Origin: Eledone cirrhosa
Lineage: Eukaryota
Assembly (NCBI GenBank): GCA_964016885.1
Contig: OZ024745.1
Coordinates: forward strand, 133,486,001 to 133,550,000
Length of the DNA stretch: 64,000 nt
Direction of reading: 5' to 3'
The notes beneath the pieces were generated by a model that did not search any database, was not told where the DNA came from, and worked only from the letters and a program-made list of their open reading frames with translations. Both the position numbers and the translations under genes were made by a program. This document shows positions 57,219 through 64,000 of the stretch, piece after piece; the stretch's first letter is position 1; each line of letters starts with the position of its first letter.

Positions 57219-57518
57219 ACAAGACTTCGTTAAACTTATCCAATTTGATATAGATGACCACTATTCATCCATATCACCTATCCTTCTTAATAAGGCCCTT
57301 ATTTTCGCTATGGACAATACAAATTTGACTAGAGACGAAGAAGACATAGGTTTGGCAGCCATACACTCAGTAATATTATTCAATAATGAGTACTGGACAT
57401 GCAAAGCTAGATTTTGATATAACCATGGGCTCGAACATTTCAGCACAGGTTACAGACCTTGTTGGTATCTATCTTATGCACACCCTGCACCAAGAATTTG
57501 TTGACCTTCCAGGTGGAT
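57219..57518 (+). pseudogene. Penelope (Naiad-type) RT fragment
   Basis: LIQFDIDDHYSSISPILLNKAL and DITMGSNISAQVTDLVGIYL..LPGGL, homologous to the 20073 ORF. Confidence 0.8.
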
Positions 57519-57790
57519 TAGTCACTGAGGGAGTCACACATTTTGTGACCTCCTCAGTGACTAGGCTTTTGGTTTTTTTCACAGAACGTGTGACGAAAGA
57601 ACTTTGACAATATATAAACAACCTACCGGTTATCGAAACAACCAGCCAGCCGGAAATGTATGGTAAATTGAAGTGAAAACCAACAGGTGCATGTGCTTTT
57701 ATTGGCAACATGACCCTCCCAAAATAACAATATCCGTTTCAACACACGTTTTCAGACAAGAAATCTCACAAAACAAATTAAAAAGAGAAT
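57519..57790 (+). mobile_element. Family N pLTR fragment preceded by a palindrome made of the hammerhead 5' half
   Basis: 57519-57563 TAGTCACTGAGG..CCTCAGTGACTA; GTGACGAAAGAACTTTGAC at about 57590. Confidence 0.65.
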
Positions 57791-57854
57791 TATATATATA
57801 TATATATATATATACATATATATACGCAGACACACAATTCGTTTATATATATAT

Positions 57855-58648
57855 ATATTTCGTTTCTGAATTTGTTTAGCAAAATTCTTTATCTGAAAAC
57901 GTGTGTTGAAACCGCTATTGTTATACTTTGGGAGGGTCATGTTGCCAATAAGAAACACACGCACCTCACGCTTTCACTCCAATTTATTATAAATTAAATT
58001 TATAAATTTAAGAAATTTATAAAATTCCGATGGTTGGCTGGTTCCACAACCGGACGGTTGTTCATATATTGTCAAAGTTCTTTCGTCACACATTATGTCA
58101 CCTCTTCAGTGACTGGGGATTATTTTCTTTGTTTTGTGCCTCTCCTTTGTTCTGTCCTACGCCAACTTGTTTTTGTGTGTGTTGTGTGCTTAGTTTGCGC
58201 ATGTGTTACATCCGGGTGTCTGTGTGTGTTTTTATTTATTTATTTATTTTTTATTTACATGTTACTGGTTGGTTGTTTGTTCTATGTGTGTGTGTTTTCA
58301 TTTTGTCCTTAATTGTAAGTTGTGATGTTGCTATTCCATTCATGTATTTTATTTAATTTTGGTTGGAGTTCATTTATGTTTATTGCCTCTGTGATTTGTC
58401 TAAACATTGCGTCTTTTCTGTGTGTAGATTTTATTTTTATTTCTATGTTCTCTAATTTGCCCTTATGTTCTATTTTAGCATTTTGGTGGAGTACTGATGA
58501 TTCTTTTCTATCTTAAAGCCTTCGCCAGTGTTCATTTAATCGTTCTCCTATACTACGAGCTGTCTCACCTATGTACATTATATTCTTATCTTTACATTGT
58601 CCCTCAGTACACCCTATGCTATATACTATGTTTATAGTTTTGCAGTTA
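57855..58648 (-). mobile_element. Penelope 3' end: GIY-YIG remnant, 3'UTR and pLTR (family N)
   Basis: NCKTINIVYSIGC..MYIGETARSIGERLNEH at 58648-58520; pLTR homologous to 57590-57790. Confidence 0.8.
58071..58113 (-). ncRNA. Minimal hammerhead (family N)
   Basis: GTCA-CTGAAGA-g-GTgACAT aat GTGTGAC-GAAA-GAAC-TT-TGAC. Confidence 0.68.
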
Positions 58649-58853
58649 ATATATATATTTGCAGTATACAAATATATTACACAAAGAGAAGTGTGTTACA
58701 CCGTGAGAGGTGTGTAAAGAATTATTACAAGTGAGTTTTACCGTTACTGTATAGAGAACAATATCCACAGGTTTAGCAATTAAATAGAAGAAAACTAAGA
58801 CAGAATCAAATCTATGAATTATAGTTTTAAATTACCAACCTTATAACTATAAG

Positions 58854-58929
58854 TTTGCTGATACGAATCTCGTTAGTTTCACGACCGACATGTGCAGTAT
58901 AACAGCCCACAGGATCCTCAGTCAGCAAA
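58854..58929 (-). ncRNA. Hammerhead (family O)
   Basis: TTTGCTGA-CTGAGGA-...-GAAACtAA cgaga TTcGTA-TCAGCAAA; 8-bp perfect stem I. Confidence 0.65.
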
Positions 58930-59051
58930 TGTGGATACTGTTCGCGACACATCTAACCTCGTGGATAGAGAGAAAGCTTTGAGCTAATATTATTATTATT
59001 ACTGTGAACTGCGGAATACTCTTAATTCCGATCTTTGTATACTTATTTGCA

Positions 59052-59102
<51 letters not shown>

Positions 59103-59412
59103 TTATTTATTTTGGTCATTTTGGAAACCTCAACAATGCAGATGGGTAAATCTCCGGGTAACAGAATCCGGTGGTGAAGAGAGAGATGTAAGGGAATATA
59201 GAATGAGATGTATAGTGTGTAGAGGAACGTAGGAAAGAGCGTAAAAATAAAAATAATAACACGAGATAGAGTTACCTTGGGAGAGGTTTAATTGTCCCTA
59301 TATTTCTGATTCGCATGCATCAAATGGGGGGGTTTTCAGGGGGGGGGCAGTTACCTGTCGGAGAGGAACGGTACGTGGCCTCTGCTGTATGCTGTTTGTG
59401 ACTATATATATA

Positions 59413-59590
59413 TTAGAAATTGAGGGTTTTTTTTACAAAATTGAAAGTAACCGAGGTGTCCTACACTAGTGAAAGTATAAAGAAAAATAGATGAAATCGA
59501 AAATGCAACTGGAGTCTTATTTAAATAATATATATATATATATATATAAGACTCAAGTTGCATTTTCGATTTCATCTTTTTTTCTTTATA
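59413..59590. mobile_element. Short family C fold-back with no ribozyme retained
   Basis: Homologous to 16279-16390; arms 59476-59520 and 59547-59590. Confidence 0.75.
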
Positions 59591-60384
59591 TATATATATA
59601 TAATTCGTTTATATTTCATGATTTCACTAAATTTACAGGCATTCATTTTCAAGTACATTCAGAAGAGAAAGTAGGATCGCTAAGTTACATGCACCACTCT
59701 ATTGTGGGTAATGCCTAGGGCATGCCGTCAACCATTTCGTAATTATTTCTGACAGATTTATACATCGACTCAACGCATGAATTACCATCTCTTGAACGAT
59801 GTGTGACAAAGATGCAGCTAGTATTAATTAATCTAAGCAAGACAAGGACTTATGTAGGCGAGTTTAGCTTGTTGAAAAAAAAATAACTTATGAGAAAATA
59901 TAGAACATAACAGAATTGAAATTTAAATAATCCAGTGCGTTGCTTAACACGTACAAAATCTTGTTCCGCGTTGTTTTTTTTAATATATATGAACGATTAT
60001 TGTTATTTTTTCTTTGGAATACCAAACTCGTTGTCAATTAGATTTATCCCAGTCTACCAAACGGAGGAAAAGCACAACGTTTACTTAGTTATTTCTATTG
60101 ATAATAAATAACATAAATAATATTTAATTCATATTCTGTCTAGAAATGTATTTCACCCAATCTAACGCTATACATTGCATAGGCAATGTTATTTCAGTTC
60201 AGCTCTCCAAAAGGTGTCTGTTAAACGTTCGAAAGATCACAAGACTTAATATACAATCACTTAATATACAATGACCTCATGTAAAAAAGCCCCGGGTGCC
60301 AGTAAGTCAAAGGAGAATCATCTGTATTTGATGTATTATTGCGACGCCGATGTTGAGATGCTGAGTGTAGAAAGAAATACAACC

Positions 60385-61440
60385 TCACCAGGCGACACCA
60401 CCATGAACAAGTGGAAGTAAGGTCGGCACTGCTTGGGGTGCGGCTGTTTCCACCACCTTTCTTGTTTTGGTCTGACGCTTCCAGTGTCTTCACAGCGTGG
60501 AGATGCAGCAACTGTCTCTTCCCCGTCTGCACAGCTGTGGGGGTCCACTATACGATCAGCGAGCTTGACTGGTGCTCAAGCCTCACAGGTCAAGATCGCT
60601 TGGCTGAGGCGACTCTGGGAGATTCCGCGCAAGATCCCGAAAGCAGCTATGGTGCCGGTGCTCAACGCCCTCGATTCCTCAATTGAGAGGGCCCTGGACT
60701 CTAATCGAGCCAGCGACTGGGAGCTTCTCTTCCATTTCGCCCCACTGGGCCTTGACCCCCACCACCACCACCACCACCACCGCCGCCGCCTCCAACTCTG
60801 GCGCTGACGAAGGCGGCCTGTCGACAATAGCTTTTGTCAAGGCAAAATGTTTCGTCCTTTGGGTCAACGCCCATCCCAAATGTGCCCCAGGGCGCCAAAC
60901 CATCTGCTCTCGGGTTGTCATCTATACACCAGCCCTGAGACCAACACAAAGTATTTACGCAACTGCGTAGACGTTAAAATAATCGTCCTCTTTCCAGGCC
61001 ATGTTGCTCTCAAGGAGGTCATAAACCATGTGCAGGCTCCCCCCCCCCCCAATTCGACCCGGCGGGGGTTGGATCGAGGGGACGACAAATGGCCAGTCAG
61101 CCTAACCATCTTTCCATTCAGCGGTGTTAAACCCCTCATCTGGTATGCCCCATGCAGCGACACATTCTCCAGGCTAAACCTGGTGCTGTCTTTGACTAAC
61201 CCAGGATTTGCTGCACTTCAGGCCGAGGAAGGCAAACTGTACAAAAATCGTTCGCTCTCCGACAGGTTTGCAGTCGAGTCTGTAGCAGTGGATACTTTTA
61301 GTGTCCTTCGCCTACTCTCTACAATTGGCACAAAATTGGCTAACCGCGAGTAGAACGGCACTACCAGCGCGTCTCCCTCATCATCCTCCGGGGAAACCTT
61401 TTCTCTCTTATTTTCGCCGGGTCCGGCCAGAGCATCAAAG
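60385..61440 (+). pseudogene. Internally deleted CRE-clade retrotransposon (PHD-like N-terminus joined to the RLE C-terminus)
   Basis: 5' part homologous to 45366-45710; 3' part GLDRGDDKWPVSLTIFPF..LIWYAPCSDT..AEEGKLYK..VAVDT. Confidence 0.8.
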
Positions 61441-61472
61441 AAGTACGTGAAGTTGCTGCTTATTGTTATAAC

Positions 61473-61612
61473 TTATTATTAACCTACAACATTGTAGGTT
61501 AATAATTGTTTCTACTATTGGCACAAGGCCAGCAATTCCCCAGTAAAGTACCAGTAATGTACTGGGTAATTGCTGGTCTTGTGCCAATAGTCGAAACAAT
61601 TATTAACCTACA
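61473..61612. repeat. Nested palindrome built from a SINE 3' tail and its flank
   Basis: TTGTAGGTTAATAATTGTTTC..GCACAAGGCCAGCAATT pairs with AATTGCTGGTCTTGTGC..GAAACAATTATTAACCTACAA. Confidence 0.8.
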
Positions 61613-62449
61613 ATTTTGTATCTGAAGTCTGGTTTATTCTCGTTTACATATAAGCGTTTAATCTTATGATTATATTCAATTACTTATGCCGTTCGTTCAG
61701 CTTAACTATTCCTTTATTGTAAAGTGAATATGTCCATATAAACCGATGTCAATAATTCAGACGCAATGCGGTGCTGCTTGCTATATCCTTTGCAGTCCTA
61801 CTCTGAAGTCAACCTAATTATATTGCCTACAAACATTATCAATGGACAAATGAAAGAACACGAAATTTTAGCCTCATCAAAATTTATGGCTAATCCAAAT
61901 AAAGCTTGACATTTATGATCCTCAGTCTGCCGATTTTGCGGGCTCTGTTTAAAGTTGAATGTAAAGGCAAAACACAATTAACAGTATATATTTAATATTA
62001 TTTCTACCGAATCTTTGTATTTCTATACTACATTCATTTTTTAAGAAATGTTGCATGTTACTTCTCCATCGGAATTCAAAGATAAAAGAATATTTTCTTT
62101 CTATAGGTAACGTTATCTGAAAGTTTATTTTCTTATTCATATTAATGTACGAATATTGGACGCATTTTTATTAGCTATAGGTAATTCAATGAATGAAAGT
62201 GATATGTCTCTCAGGGCCTTATATGCAAGTATTTACTAAGCAGTTCTTCCGTAAATAAACATTTAAGCTAAGTGGGCATTCTACTTGCTTGGATGTTGTT
62301 TATAAAAGAATACATCTCTGATATATCATGTATTATATTTGATGCTGCAATAGCACATTCTGCAAACATTAATTTGCAATGTCGATTGAAGAAATTTCTT
62401 AATATCTCTAGAAATGATCTATCAAGTAGAGATGCAAAATAACTTCAGA

Positions 62450-63480
62450 GCGACTTGCATTCAGATACTGTATGTGTTCAATTTAGTAATACATTTCTTG
62501 GGTACCTCCGTTTAGGAAACTGATGAGAAATTGATTTTAAATTCAGTAGACAATTTTCAACATAGTAGGAAGAGTAATATCACTTCAAAAACGGAGAATC
62601 AGCAGGACTTGATGACATTCCAAACACTGAAGCCTGAGTTGACGGAGATAAGCCAAACATTTGGAGCAAAGGTAGTGTAAAATCATTTCAAGAAAAGGTG
62701 ATATTAGTGATGTCAAAAATTACCGTGTAATTAATCTCACAGTAATATCATCTAACAATTTCAATAAAATGCTATTCCATAGAATTAAACCACTTTTAGA
62801 ACAAATAATTTTTAAGAACCAAAATTGATTTTCTTCAAATAGGTCAACGCTAAAACAAATCCTAACCCTTACAAGACCCATGGAAGGAGTACATTCAAAC
62901 ACCTACTATCTGTTATCACATTCATTGATCTTGGCAAAGCTTTTGATTCCATTCATCGTGGAAAACTCCAACAAATAATGGAAGCGCAAGGAATTCCACG
63001 TCAAATCGTGGCATCGTTACAGCATAGCATACTATCCCTGATGGAGCAGCAGATTCCCCAAACTGAAAGCTGGTGTTCTTCAAGGAATCAAGCTATATAT
63101 GATGCTTATCGCACTCGATGCAAACTACATCCTCGACGCGGCCCTAGACACCGAAAAAACCCAATAACTGATGTTGATTGTACAGAGATCAGGAAGAGGC
63201 ATTACACCTATTACTTCTATGGGAGCCCACACGCCGGAGAACAAGATGTTGGCCTCATGTTGCATTTCTGGAGCAGATTTGTAAAGACACGAATCTAAGA
63301 GAAAATGAACTGACGGCAGCCATGTTGGACAAGTGAAGGAGTGTAATTATCGTTGTCCGAGAAAAGCCGACATAGTAATGATGCGGTGTCACAATACTCG
63401 GCAAGAAATAACATTACTGTAATTGAATCAAAATGAGCAAAGCTTACATTTTCCCTACTCTTCTCAGATATTGCTTTCTG
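62450..63480 (+). pseudogene. Old RTE-like RT remnant
   Basis: LFHRIKPLLEQ..NQN*F..RST and ITFIDLGKAFDSIHRGKL..AQGIP. Boundaries are approximate. Confidence 0.75.
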
Positions 63481-64000
63481 ATTGTTACTATGTTTTAAAT
63501 TTGAGAAATATTTAATTTTGGGAGAATTTACTGACGCAAGAGAAGTTAGATACAATTGGAAACTTCATTAGATCTCTTCTAACGTTCTTCTTAAATATCT
63601 CTACTTTAAGAAATTACAAAAATGTTGTTTTATTATTTGCCATATGATATTTTCATCAGCAGTGTTCAAAGCTATTAAAGCAATATGCAAAACTTCGACT
63701 CCATAAACATTCTATATCGCTTTCGCTATTGACATACAGTTAAGCAAATTTCTTTAAGCAGGCAAACATTACACAATTTTAATTTATTAATATATTAAAC
63801 ACATGAATATTTAAACTCCATGATTTAAAGATCAAATTTGACAATTACATGCTTAGAAATCAAATGAAAATAAATATGTTTTAAGAAAGAGTTAAAAGTT
63901 TAAAAGACATTTCACAGGAAGTAATACGACGTGATAAAACAGAATTAATAACTTTTGTGGTGATGATTATTCAAATATATATGTCATTCTACACATAAAA

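Overview
AT-rich, microsatellite-laden metazoan DNA. An octopus/cephalopod origin is inferred from the repeat content and is not verified. No host protein-coding gene could be supported, so the window is intergenic or intronic and dominated by retroelements. Two elements look intact. One is a full-length Tx1-clade LINE (2674-8410, minus; ORF1 with a CCHC knuckle, ORF2 APE-RT-zf) flanked on both sides by (GATA)n. The other is a Penelope-like element (19484-23290; RT plus GIY-YIG, Naiad-type) with inverted and direct pseudo-LTRs. There are also decayed R4/Dong, CRE, RTE, Tx1 and Penelope remnants, plus about 15 copies of a tRNA-derived SINE with a Deu/Nin-like core. The main hidden signal, read by eye, is roughly 25 near-complete minimal type-I hammerhead ribozyme motifs (plus several half motifs) from about 15 or more unrelated sequence families. 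Many lie in short fold-back (hairpin) insertions nested in (TA)n. Most have family-specific palindromic stem III sequences, several have non-canonical cores (U3-A8, C4 or A4, mismatched base of stem II), and several fold-back junctions fall exactly on ribozyme stems.
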